Shown: positions 18,944-29,585 of the stretch, piece by piece | How the letters are laid out: the number at the start of each line of letters is the position of its first letter | Position numbering within the stretch: the stretch's first letter is position 1 | Assembly: GCA_963758525.1 (NCBI GenBank) | Contig: CAVWVQ010000003.1 | Span: forward strand, 3,968,001-4,032,000 | DNA length: 64,000 nucleotides | Reading direction: 5' to 3' | Source: an uncultured Phycisphaerales bacterium | Lineage (GTDB): Bacteria > Planctomycetota > Phycisphaerae > Tepidisphaerales > Tepidisphaeraceae | The notes under the pieces: model-generated | Databases searched by the model: none | What the model saw: the letters and a program-made list of their open reading frames with translations, nothing else | What the model was told of the DNA's origin: nothing | Program-made: the position numbers and the translations under genes

Positions 18944-18981
18944 AGATCATGGATGTTAAACGCATCGTACGAAGTCTTTGA
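18904..18981 (+). pseudogene. Possible internally deleted GxxExxY-family gene
   Basis: MNANERRSNEITEKI (typical N-terminus) is joined to VKRIVRSL* (typical C-terminus), inside inverted arms ccgcagatgaacgc / gcgttcatcggcg. Confidence 0.5.
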
Positions 18982-19041
18982 TCAATCCGCGTTCATCGGC
19001 GTTTATCCGCGGTTCAATCTCTCTTCTGCTTTGATCCGCGG

Positions 19042-19326
19042 TCAAATTCTTCTCTTTGGATTGCGGGCGCAGCCAGCGCCGCGAAATCCGCGGTTCATGG
19101 CCTCAAACAGCTTCTGCAGCTCTTCCAGATCGTCATAGCTGGACTTTGAGTAATCCCGCAGTCGGGTGCCGGGGACGAATGGAGTGGCGTCGAGGAGTTG
19201 GTCGAGCCGGATGGCTTGCTCGGGGGTGAGCCGGCGCGGGTCGAAACGCTCCTTCGGCGGGACGCCGCGGACCTGGGCGGCAAGAGTTCTCTCGGCTTTG
19301 TGCAGACGATGTTGCGATGAGGGCAT
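19042..19326 (-). CDS. Hypothetical protein
   Basis: ORF with AAGGAG RBS, co-oriented with the upstream HTH gene. Confidence 0.55.
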   Translation of the reverse strand: MPSSQHRLHKAERTLAAQVRGVPPKERFDPRRLTPEQAIRLDQLLDATPFVPGTRLRDYSKSSYDDLEELQKLFEAMNRGFRGAGCARNPKRRI

Positions 19327-19356
19327 GACCAAAATCTCCTTTGAGGGTGTGCGGGT

Positions 19357-19791
19357 TCACGCGGAAGCGTTTGCGTCCTTCAACTGTTTGGCGATGGCGG
19401 CCTGGCCGGCCTCGATGGCTTCGAAGCGGCCGGTGACTTCGGTGAGCTCGAACCCGCGGAGGCTGAATTGCAGGATCTTGCCGATGGCGCACAGCCGGAC
19501 CGAAGGCGGCAGCTCTGCATTGTTGGCGATGTTCCAGCTGATCTGGACGGCGCTGGGCGAGACGGCATTGGCAAACCGCACGGCCCGTTCCAGCACCTCC
19601 CGGCGGGCATGGCGATGGGCGAGCTGGAATGCCGGATCGTGGTGGATCCAGCGGTGGGCGGTGCGTGCCGAAATTCCGCACGCTTGGGCGGCCTTTGCGG
19701 TGGTCGGCTGAACCATCAGGGCCGCGATCAACTGTTCCTTCTTGCCTGCGCGGCTGCCCTGCGGTTTGGATGTATTGCCGGTGTCGCTCAC
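19357..19791 (-). CDS. HTH protein resembling phage terminase small-subunit-like/phage-derived proteins
   Basis: GTG start with AGGAGG RBS; LIAALM...T.AKAAQACGIS.RTAHRW..DPAF motif. Confidence 0.6.
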   Translation of the reverse strand: MSDTGNTSKPQGSRAGKKEQLIAALMVQPTTAKAAQACGISARTAHRWIHHDPAFQLAHRHARREVLERAVRFANAVSPSAVQISWNIANNAELPPSVRLCAIGKILQFSLRGFELTEVTGRFEAIEAGQAAIAKQLKDANASA

Positions 19792-19954
19792 GGTAACCTC
19801 CTGTGTTGCGGCGGACGATATGAAACATGGGACGGCCCGCTCAACGTTTACTTTTGTTCGGCAGCCGAAAAGCGGAATCGACGAGGAAGCTCGCACGAGC
19901 CCGCCAGTTACATAAAGATATGTATATTCATCTATTTTACTTGATTGGAAAAGT

Positions 19955-19994
19955 GTGCCATTTCGTGACATTTCGTGACATTTCGTGCCATTTC
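19955..19994. repeat. 10-bp tandem repeat (gtg(a/c)catttc) x4
   Basis: gtgccatttc gtgacatttc gtgacatttc gtgccatttc. Confidence 0.85.
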
Positions 19995-20047
19995 GGGGCG
20001 AGGGCTTCCTCCGAGCGGGCGTCATCCCTGCGTGAGCGGCGTTCTGA

Positions 20048-20160
20048 ATCCTTTAGCCGCCTCGCTCGCGAGGCGTGTCCAGCGGCGCGGATGCTCGCTT
20101 GGCGCGGTTCGTGAAAATGCGCCACTGGACACGCCTCGCGAGCGAGGCGGCTAAAGGATT
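20048..20160. repeat. REP-like long inverted repeat
   Basis: cctttagccgcctcgctcgcgaggcgtgtccag and ctggacacgcctcgcgagcgaggcggctaaagg are reverse complements. Confidence 0.9.
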
Positions 20161-20333
20161 TGGAGTGCTGCGCACGCAGGACTGAAGTGGGGCGTCGGAG
20201 AATCAAACTTTACCGCGCGGGGAGGAGCCGTAAGCTGCGACCGGCGCGGGGTGGCAAGGGTTGCGATGGACTTGCGCGGCTTCATGATGTGCGAGGCGCG
20301 TCGCCGCGGACGCCGGTTTGAAGAGGAAGCGCG

Positions 20334-23300
20334 TTGATTGACACGAAGCTGGAAGAGGTTCGCCGACGACTGCTGGACTTGAGCCGGAACAACCGGCTGC
20401 TGAACCATCGCGCGACGGGGCAGCGGACGTTGCAGATCGTCGATGAGCTGCCGGGGGAAATCTATCGCCGGCTGGTGGAGGAGGGGCGGACGCTGCAGTT
20501 TCTGTCGATGGAAGAGGCGCCGCCGGAAGCGAAGGGCGTTCTTGCGGAGAGCGCCCACGCGGCCGCCGACGCGCGCTCTTTCCCCTCCCCTGGTACGCCG
20601 GGGGAGGGTCAGGGTGGGGGCCGGATGGGAGGAGGTCAATCGGATATCAATGCTCCATTGGGAGCGGCGCCGCCCCCACCCCAGCCCTCCCCCGGCGTAC
20701 CAGGGGAGGGGGAAAATCGGCGGATGGAGGAAGGTGTATCGGATAACGATCCGCCTTTGGGAGCGACGCCGCCCCCACCCCAGCCCTCCCCCGGGGTACC
20801 AGGGGAGGGGGAAAATCGGCGGATGGAGGAAGGTGTATCGGATAACGATCCGCCTTTGGGAGCGGCGCCGCCCCCACCCCGGCCCTCCCTTGGGGTACCA
20901 GGGGAGGGGGAAGAGCCTGAGCTGGCGGCGCTGCCGCTGGCGCCTGTGGCGGATGCGGCGCCGGCGGAGAGGCATCGGGACAACAAGCTGCAGACTGCGC
21001 TCGAAGGGGAGAAGCTGCAGGCGCGGCTGGTCAATCTCGCGCGGGAAGCCAACAGCGCGATTCAGGAGCAAGGATGCAACATCCTGTATCTGACGTTTGG
21101 CGTGGTCGAATGGCGCGATGCCGAGTCGGCAAACGAAACGTCGCGCGCGCCGGTGATTTTTGTTCCTGTCGAGTTGAAGCGGAAGAGCGTCAACGCCCGC
21201 TACACGCTGCAGGCGTTTGATGACGACGTGGTGGGCAATCCGTCGCTGGTGGAACTGTGCCAGAATCAGTTCAACTTTGCGCTGCCGGCGTTTGACGCGG
21301 AGAAGGACGAAGCCGAGACGTATCTCAAAAACGTTGAGGAGGCCGTGGCGCACATGCCGGGGTGGAAGTTCACCTCGGAGATACACCTGGGTCTGTTCAG
21401 CTTTTCCAAGCTGCTGATGTATCGCGATCTGGACCCGCGCAATTGGCCGGCCGCGAATCATCTGGCGGACCACGCGCTGATTCAGAGCCTGACGCTCGGC
21501 ACCGCGCCGGAAGCGGGGGACGGCAACGGAATTCCCGATCCGCATCAGCTCGATGAGATGGTTGACCCCGCCGACTGCTTTCAGATCGTTGACGCGGATT
21601 CGAGCCAGCAGTCGGCAATTCTCGGAGCCAAACGCGGGCTGAGCATGGTGATCGACGGGCCGCCGGGAACCGGCAAGTCGCAGACGATCACCAACATCAT
21701 CGCCGAGTCGCTGGCGGCGGGGCAGACGGTTTTGTTCGTCTCGGAGAAGTCGGCGGCGCTGGAGGTGGTGAAACGACGGCTCACCGAAGCGGGGCTTGGC
21801 GATTTCGTGCTGGAGCTGCACAGCCGCCAGGCGAGCAAGCGCGCGGTTCTGGAGGAAATCAACCGCGTTCTGGAACGCGACGCGACGGCTCGACAAGTCA
21901 CGCTCGCGCCGGCGCAGGAGCTTCGAGCGACCCGCGACCGGCTCAACGCATATCACCGCGACCTGCACACGCCGCTGGGGGCGCTGGCGATTTCGCCGTT
22001 TCAAGCGATGTCGGCCGCGATCGCGCTGGTGAACGAGCCTGAGGCTCATTGCGATATTCCCGATGTGATGGGGTGGTCGGCTCAGCAGCTGACCGAGGCG
22101 GATCAAAAGCTGGCTGGTCTGGATCGATGCCTGGCGCGCGTGGGTGACGAGTCGGCGCATCCCTGGCGCGGCGTCTGGCTGCCATCCGCGGGATTGCGGG
22201 AAAAGCAGCGCATTGGGACAGCGTGCGAAGCGCTGGTGCGCGCGATCAAGGGAACACTCGAAGCGGGAAGCGCCGTGGCCTCGATGCTCGCGGTCAGCGC
22301 CCCTCGCACGCGCCTGGAATGCGAGCAGCAATGCGCCGCTGCCGGGGTGCTCGTCGCCGCGCCAGCGTCCGTCGCGGACGTTGTTATGCCGGGCGTCATT
22401 CCCGTCTCCGCGGCCGCCAGCACTACAGGCGTGGTCCCCAATCCCACGGCGTGGGACGCTCCCAACCCCGCCCTGACGGAATGGCTGCGAATCGGGGCGC
22501 GTCGTCAGCAACTGAAAAATCTCTGGCAGACTTTCTTCCTTCCCTCGGCCGAGGATCAGGAGTGGAGCGATCTGCTCAATCGCAGGCAAAAGCAGCAAGG
22601 GTCTCTTCTGAGGTTCTTCAGTTGGTCTTGGTACGCCGACGGGAAGCGGCTGAAGGCGTTCCGATTGTCAGCCGCGCCGCCCCCACCCCGACCCTCCCCC
22701 GGAGTACCAGGGGAGGGGGAAAGAGAGACATCGTCGGCCCCACCCCGGCCTTCCACTGGGGTGCCAGGGGAGAGGGAAAGAGCGGCACCCACGATGAGCG
22801 AGCTGGAGCTGTTGTCGGCGGTAATTGAAAGTCGAAGGCTGCGGAAAGAGCTTGAGAAGTGGGCCGGTGGATTCGCCCCGATGTTCGGCACGGAATGGCA
22901 TGGAATTGACAGTGATTGGCCATCATTGGAGCGATTTGCAGCTAGCGCGCTGGCCGTCCGAAACTTGCTTCTCACCCAGCGCGTTGATCCTGCCGCCGCG
23001 CGGCGATGGCTCGACGCTCCCGACCGCGGTCCGCTTGCCGCGTCGGGCAACTCCGCGCAGTCGGCGTTGGATCATCTGGCCGACTGCTGGCGCGAATGGC
23101 TCGCATCCATCGGCAGCGATGAGCAGCGCTGGCTCAAGACGGAATTCGCCTCAGCCGAGCTGGCGCCGATCGCGCATCGCCTGGCGGAACTTCCCGCGCA
23201 GATCGAGCGGCTCGACGAGTGGATCGACCTGCGGCGCTGCGTCACCGAATGCTCCAACACTTCGCTGCGCTCATATATCGAGTGGGCGCTGTTCGGCGAC

Positions 23301-25732
23301 GCGAGCGTCGCACGGGGAAAATTGCCGGCGGTCTTCCGGCGGCCTTTTTACCGGCTGTGGGTCGAGGAGGCTTTTGCGCAGCGCGAGAGCCTGCGCGGCT
23401 TTCGCGGGCAGGATCACGAATCGGTCATCGCGAAATTCCGCGAACTCGATCGGCAGTGGATTCAACTGACGCGCGAGCGGCTGTCGGAGAAACTCGCGGC
23501 GCGGCGGCAGGGGGTGCAGCAGCCGGCGCATCGCCTCTCGAAGCTGGGGATGCTGCAGGCGGAAATCCGCAAGAAGTCTCGTCACATGCCGTTGCGAAAG
23601 CTGCTGGAAGCGGCGGGCGAAGTGGTGCAGTCGATCAAGCCGTGCTTCATGATGAGTCCATTGTCCGTGGCCCAGTATCTGGCGCCGGGCGGGCTCGCGT
23701 TTGATCTGGTGGTTTTTGACGAGGCCAGCCAGGTGGAGCCGGCCGACGCCTACGGCGCAATCGCGCGGGGGCGGCAGTTGCTGCTGGTGGGAGATGAGCG
23801 GCAGCTTCCGCCGACCAACTTCTTTGGCGCAGCGATCCGGAGCAGCAGGCGACGGAGGATGCGGACGTTCATTCGACGGATTTGGAAAGCATCCTGTCGC
23901 TGGGGATCGTGCGGCTGCCGCATCGCTGCGGGTTGCGCTGGCACTATCGAAGCCGGCACAGCAGCCTGATCGAATTTTCCAATCACGAGTTTTACGACGA
24001 TCGTTTGCGGGTGTTTCCCAGCCCGCACACCGATTGCTCGGAACTGGGCTTGGCGTTTCGCTACGTTGAGAATTCGGTTTATCTCCGCGGCGCGGGCCGA
24101 TTTAATCCCGTGGAGGCGAAAACCGTGGCTGAAGCGGTCATGCGTCACGCGCTGGAAACTCCCGAGCAGTCGCTGGGCGTCGGCACGCTCAATCAGCCGC
24201 AGCAGCGGGCGATCGAAGATGAGATCGAGCGGCTGCGACGAACGCATCCCGATGAACGTGTCGAGCAGTTCTTCGCCCGGCATGCGGCGGGCGATCCGTT
24301 CTTTGTCAAGAATCTGGAGAACATCCAGGGGGACGAGCGCGACGTCATCTTCCTCAGCATCGGCTTCGGTAAAGACGCCAACGGCCGGCTCCACGTTTCG
24401 TTCGGCGCACTCAACAGCGAAGGCGGTTGGCCGCGGCTCAATGTATTGGTGACGCGGGCGCGGCGGCGATGCGTTGTCTTCAGCTCAGTGCGCGCCGATG
24501 ACATCGACCTGGGCGCAACACAGGCGCGCGGCGTGGTCGCGTTGAAGGAATATCTCTATGCCGCCGAGCAGGGACGGCTCAAGGAGGCGTTGGTTCCCGG
24601 CGGAGACCACGACTCGCAGTTTGAGGCATCGGTCTGCGGGGCGCTGCGCGAGAAGGGGTGGGAAGTGCATGCCCAGGTGGGGTGCGCCGGATTCGCCATC
24701 GATCTTGCTGTGGTCGATCCGCGATCGCCGGGGCGATATCTGCTGGGGATCGAATGCGATGGGGCGACCTATCACAGCTCGCCGACCGCGCGCGATCGCG
24801 ATCGTCTCCGCCAGGCGGTGCTGGAGAGCCTGGGATGGACGATTCAACGCGTCTGGTCGACGGATTGGTTTCACCGGCCGCAGATGACGCTGCAGGCGGT
24901 GCTCGCGCATCTGGACGAGTTGAAGAAGGCGCCGCTCGAAACGAAGAAGCCCGCTCCGCCGGATGAACGGGAGGTTTCGCAGTCATCGGGTCTTTCCGGA
25001 GACGGTGGTCCTGTCCCCTTTGTGGTGCAGGCTTCCAGCCTGCCGCTTAAAAGCAGTCTGGAAGCCTGCACCACAACAGAAGGCCTCACCCCAACCGTCT
25101 CCCGGCGTACGACTCGACCAGGCTCGCCGCAGTCCGGGAGAGGGGGCAAGAGTGCCGACGCCCAGTTGCCATCTGGGGTGGTGCAATACCTTCACGCTCG
25201 CGACGACAAGGCGCGCGGCTCGTCCGCGTCGCTGCTGGCGATGAAGCCCGATCAAGTGGCGACGATACTGAGCGAGATCGTGAAGACGGAGGGGCCGATC
25301 CACGTTGAAGAGGCGCTGCACGCCTGCACCGAGATGTTCGGCGCCAAGGCCTCGGCCCGGCCGCGCGAGGCGTTTGAGCGAGGTTTGGCCGCCGCGGTGA
25401 ATGCCGGCGGGATCATTCGTCGGGAGGATTTTCTCTGGAGCGCGGGGCAGGGCGATGCGGTGGTGCGTCACCGCGGCGGCGATTGTCCGGTGACCGATGC
25501 CGAGCGAATCTGCCCGGAGGAGTTCGATGCGGCGGTGCGATTGGTGTTGCAGCAGCAGTTCGGATTGCCGTTCGATGCTTTGATTGAAGCCACGGCGCGA
25601 CTGATGGGCTTCTCGCGGACCGGAACAAAACTCAAATCAGCAATTGAACAGTCGCTTGTTCGGCTGAGCATGAAGAAAGCGATTGAACTCGATCATGCGC
25701 GATTTGTGACGCTCGCGCGCGACGCATCGTAA
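20334..25732 (+). CDS. DUF4011 - superfamily 1 helicase - Vsr/MTES-like nuclease - DUF3320 protein (Hhe-like); frameshift near 23830
   Basis: LLDLSRNNRLLN (DUF4011), DGPPGTGKSQTI (Walker A), FDEASQ, VGDERQLPPT, WHYRS, VKNLENIQGDERD, RLNVLVTRAR, GIECDGATYH and RVWSTDWF. Confidence 0.9.
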
Positions 25733-25746
25733 CTCGGATGAAGTGG

Positions 25747-25814
25747 GTAGGGCGGGATTCATCCCGCCGCGGTTTGAGGAGTTGCGAAAGAGCGGCGGGA
25801 TGAATCCCGCCCTA
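25747..25814. repeat. GTAG-type REP pair (inverted)
   Basis: gtagggcgggattcatcccgcc ... ggcgggatgaatcccgccctac, between convergent genes. Confidence 0.9.
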
Positions 25815-26029
25815 CACGCCTGCTGGGCGTAACGTTGATTTCGATACCTGCTTAACCGCGATGCGCAGGGGAGCGCGTCCTACGGGTTTTCAAGCTCGGA
25901 AAACATTCGTCCGTCCGCACGCACCGGACACGCTTCGCTTCGCGGCGCGGCTAAGCAGCGGGGGCGGAACGGTCAACTCTACAGGGGTTTTGTCAATCGA
26001 GATGTGGGAAGATAACCCGCGCCTAAATC

Positions 26030-27124
26030 CTAAACCCGCATCGTGTTGAACAGCGCCTGATTGGTCTTGTGTTTTGAGAGGACTTCCTGAAGCGTTTTCA
26101 TCGCCTGGGCGGGGGCCATGGTCATGAGATGCCGGCGGATGCTGCGGCTGGCGCTGAGGGCGCGTTCGTCCATCAGCTTCTCTTCCTTGCGGGTCCCCGA
26201 ATCGGGGATGCTCAGGGCGGGGTAGATGCGCTGGTTGGCCAGATTGCGGTCCAGCGTCAATTCCATGTTGCCGGTGCCTTTGAACTCCTCGAAAATCACC
26301 TGGTCCATGCGGCTGCCGGTATCGATCAGGCAGGTGGCGAGGATGGTGAGGCTGCCGCCGTTTTCGATCTTGCGGGCGGCGCCGAAGAGGCGCTTGGGAA
26401 TTTCCAGGGCGCGGTTGTCGAGCCCGCCGGACATGGTTCGTCCGCCGCTGGGCCCGCCGGCGTTGAACGCCCGGCCGACGCGGGTGAGGGAATCCATCAA
26501 TACGACGACGTCGGCGCCGAACTCGACCTGGCGTTTGCAGCGTTCGATGACGAGTTGGGCGAGGTCGAGATGCTTTTCGATGTCGTTGTCGTTGGAAGAG
26601 GCGTAGACCATGCCGGGGACGTTTCGCCGCATGTCGGTGACTTCTTCGGGGCGTTCGTCGATGAGGAGCAGAACCAGATGAGCATCGGGATAGTTGGCGG
26701 CGACGCCGCGGGCGATGTTCTGCAGGAGGATGGTTTTGCCGGTTCGCGGGGGCGCGACGATCAAGCCGCGCTGGCCGAAGCCGACGGGGGCGAGGATGTC
26801 GATGATGCGGGTGGTCAGTTCGGCGGGGTTGTGCTCGAGGCGCAACGCCGGCGCGGGATCGAGCGCGGTCGCGTCGTAGAGGTTGACGTTGTTGGTGTAA
26901 TCCGAGGGCGCACGGCCCTCGATGGTGTCGATGCGTCCAAGCACCCGTCCGCGCGGCTGGCCGGTCAGCAGCAGACCGGGGCGCAGGCGCATGTCGCGGA
27001 TGAGTTGGCGCGGAACGATCAGGTTGCCGCGCGCTGGGCGCAGCAGATGGGCCGGGTCACGAAGTTGGCCATCCTGGCGCTCGTCGGCAACGTGAAGGAT
27101 TCCCTCCACGTGTCCGTTGTTCAT
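26030..27124 (-). CDS. rho: Transcription termination factor Rho (short form)
   Basis: GFGQRGLIVAPPRTGKT, LLIDERPEEVTD, DSLTR, FEEFKGTGNMEL and SGTRKEE. Confidence 0.93.
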   Translation of the reverse strand: MNNGHVEGILHVADERQDGQLRDPAHLLRPARGNLIVPRQLIRDMRLRPGLLLTGQPRGRVLGRIDTIEGRAPSDYTNNVNLYDATALDPAPALRLEHNPAELTTRIIDILAPVGFGQRGLIVAPPRTGKTILLQNIARGVAANYPDAHLVLLLIDERPEEVTDMRRNVPGMVYASSNDNDIEKHLDLAQLVIERCKRQVEFGADVVVLMDSLTRVGRAFNAGGPSGGRTMSGGLDNRALEIPKRLFGAARKIENGGSLTILATCLIDTGSRMDQVIFEEFKGTGNMELTLDRNLANQRIYPALSIPDSGTRKEEKLMDERALSASRSIRRHLMTMAPAQAMKTLQEVLSKHKTNQALFNTMRV

Positions 27125-27358
27125 CTGCGGTCCAAGCTGAGTGGGAGCTGGCCGTTGGTTATTGAAACGCCTGCGGTGAGGGTGTTCGACCCTCGGATTT
27201 CTCTGAAGATGCATGATTGGAGAGGGACCCTGTAACGGGGGCGCGACGTGCCAGACGCTTCGATCAGTTCCCAAGCTAAAATGTGGCCGTCGAAGGTGCG
27301 GTAAGGATGCGCCCTCAGTAGAATGGTTAGCATACCCAAATGCTTTGTGGAGTCAAAG

Positions 27359-27793
27359 ATGGAACTTTTGCAGAAATTACAGAATGACATGAAGGCCGCC
27401 CTGAAAGCCGGAGAGAAGCAGAGACTGGGCGTTATCCGGATGCTGCTGAGCGATGTCAAAAACATCGATCTGGCACCCAAGCCGATCACGGCCGAGGAGG
27501 TCGTGGCGTCCTACGCCAAGAAGCTACGCAAGAGCCGGGAGGAGTATGAGAAGCTGGGGAAGGCGCAGGAAGTCGCGACTCTGGATCAAGAGATCGGCAT
27601 TGTGGACGGATATCTGCCACAAAAAGCCTCGACGGAGGGTACGCGGGAGCTTGTGGAGGCCTTTCTGGCGAGCAACAGCTTCACCGAGAAGCAGACGGGA
27701 CAGGCAATGGGCCTGTTCATGAAACAGCACGGCGCGGCTGTCGACCCGGGCATCGCGAATAAGCTGCTCCGAGAAAGACTCGCTGGGAAATAG
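27359..27793 (+). CDS. GatB/YqeY domain protein
   Basis: LQNDMKAALKAGEKQRLGVIRML, EI..VDGYLPQ and G.AMG motifs. Confidence 0.85.
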   Translation: MELLQKLQNDMKAALKAGEKQRLGVIRMLLSDVKNIDLAPKPITAEEVVASYAKKLRKSREEYEKLGKAQEVATLDQEIGIVDGYLPQKASTEGTRELVEAFLASNSFTEKQTGQAMGLFMKQHGAAVDPGIANKLLRERLAGK

Positions 27794-27818
27794 AGTGAAT
27801 TCATCAGAAAGGACATTC

Positions 27819-28310
27819 GTGGCTGCTGCTGCTGCTGCTCCCAAATTACCTTCCGTCGGCGAAAAGCCGCCCATCTTTGCGCTGCCTTCGAGCGACGGAA
27901 AGATCGTCGATCTTGCGTCGCTGCTCGGCAAGCAGCCGATCGTGCTCTACTTCTACCCCAAGGCCGACACCCCCGGCTGCACCACGCAGGCATGCGGCTT
28001 CCGCGACGCGAAAAACGACTACCAAAAAGCGGGGGCTATCGTCCTTGGGATCAGCCCTGATCCGATCGACCGCGTCACCAAATTTGCAGCGAAATTCGAT
28101 CTGAACTTTCTCTTGCTGGCTGATGCAGATCATGCAGTATCAGATCGTTATGGCGTTTGGCAGGAAAAAAGCATGTACGGCAAGAAGTATATGGGTGTGG
28201 CACGAACGACGTTTTTGATAGGGAAAAACGGCAAAGTCACGCACGTGTTCGAGAAGGTCAAACCCGCGGGACACGAGGCCGAAGTTTTAGCGCAACTCAA
28301 AGCCGAATAA
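27819..28310 (+). CDS. bcp: Thioredoxin-dependent peroxiredoxin Bcp
   Basis: LYFYPKADTPGCTTQACGFRD and YGVWQEKSMYGKKYMGV.RTTF; GTG start after GAAAGGA. Confidence 0.92.
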   Translation: MAAAAAAPKLPSVGEKPPIFALPSSDGKIVDLASLLGKQPIVLYFYPKADTPGCTTQACGFRDAKNDYQKAGAIVLGISPDPIDRVTKFAAKFDLNFLLLADADHAVSDRYGVWQEKSMYGKKYMGVARTTFLIGKNGKVTHVFEKVKPAGHEAEVLAQLKAE

Positions 28311-28436
28311 ATTGGCCGAATCTGTTGCGAGCGACCGATAATTTTGCTACATGCAAGTTGCGGCAAGATGGGAAAGGATTCCTCATCTATGCCGGGAACC
28401 GATCGATGGTGATCCAAATACGTAAGGAGAACAACA

Positions 28437-28682
28437 ATGGCTGCACGCAAACCTTCCAAGTCTGTCCCCGCGAAGTCCGCTCCCGCCAAAGTGGCCCCCG
28501 TCGTGAGTACGCCGGTGCGCAATTCGGCAATTCCGCCCAAGATGCCCGCCGCGGCGCCGGTGCGCAAGATCGTCACTCACGAGGCGATTGCCATCCGAGC
28601 CTACGAGATCTCCCGCTCGGGAATGGGTGGTTCTGAAGACCAGAACTGGCTCCAGGCCGAGCGCGAACTGAACGGGCTCTAG
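28437..28682 (+). CDS. DUF2934 domain protein
   Basis: HEAIAIRAYEI...G..DQNWLQAEREL; AAGGAG RBS. Confidence 0.8.
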   Translation: MAARKPSKSVPAKSAPAKVAPVVSTPVRNSAIPPKMPAAAPVRKIVTHEAIAIRAYEISRSGMGGSEDQNWLQAERELNGL

Positions 28683-28803
28683 GCGCTGATCGAGTTATTC
28701 CATCGGGCGGCTGGGGCACAGGTCCCAGCCGCCCGATGGTTTCTCCCCCAATTTTTCGCAGGCAATTGACGTTTCGAGCCGGCTCGAAGCCTACGATTGA
28801 GGC

Positions 28804-29481
28804 ATGGCAAGCGCCTCCGAGGAGAGCTTCGACCTCTCGGCCGTTCCGCTGTTTCCGCTGCCAAACGTGGTGCTGTTCCCGGGCGCCGTGCTTCCCCTGC
28901 ACATTTTTGAAGAGCGGTACAAGGAGATGACGGCCGACACGCTTCGCGGCAACGCTCAGGTCGCAATGGCGCTGCTGCGCAAGGGCTGGGAGAAGTGCTA
29001 CTACCAGCGCCCCGCGATCGAGCCGGTCGTTTGCGTTGGGCGTATTCTGTCCCATGAGCGCCTGCCTGACGGGACGTACAATTTCCTGCTGCAGGGAATG
29101 GTGCGTGCTCGCATCGTTCGCGAGTTTGATGGCACGGCCTATCGGGTTGCCCAGCTTGAATGTCTGCGCGAGACCAGGGTCATGGAAGTCGATCTCGACG
29201 ATCAACGTCGACGATTCGCTTCATTGTTCAACGAGAGTCGGCTGGGCTCTGCCGGGATCGGTGCCCAGTTCCGCACCATGCTTCGCGGACCGCTGCCCAC
29301 CGCCAACATCGCGGATCTGGCCGCATTTAACTTTTTAGAGGATATCGGTTTACGGCAAGCGCTGCTTGCGGAGACTGATGTAAAGCGTCGGGTTACGCGG
29401 ACGATCGACGCGCTCTGGGCTCTTACCGAGATAACCTCTTCACTGTTCCTCAGTGGGGCGCCGCAACCGGGCTTGAACTGA
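28804..29481 (+). CDS. LON peptidase substrate-binding domain protein
   Basis: PLFPLPNVVLFPG..LPLHIFEERY and LPDG.YN.LL.G..R. Confidence 0.9.
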   Translation: MASASEESFDLSAVPLFPLPNVVLFPGAVLPLHIFEERYKEMTADTLRGNAQVAMALLRKGWEKCYYQRPAIEPVVCVGRILSHERLPDGTYNFLLQGMVRARIVREFDGTAYRVAQLECLRETRVMEVDLDDQRRRFASLFNESRLGSAGIGAQFRTMLRGPLPTANIADLAAFNFLEDIGLRQALLAETDVKRRVTRTIDALWALTEITSSLFLSGAPQPGLN

Positions 29482-29585
29482 ATAGGGAAGCACTCCGTTT
29501 CTGCCGATTCCGCTCGGGCCGTTCCCCATCTGCCTGCGCCGCGATATAACTCCAGTACCAGCCTCGCGCAACTTGGTCGGCAACA

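Noticed and set aside
20151..22598. Long antisense ORFs (also 3737-5455, 39047-40843, 59723-61918)
   Set aside because: Shadow ORFs opposite well-supported genes in high-GC DNA.
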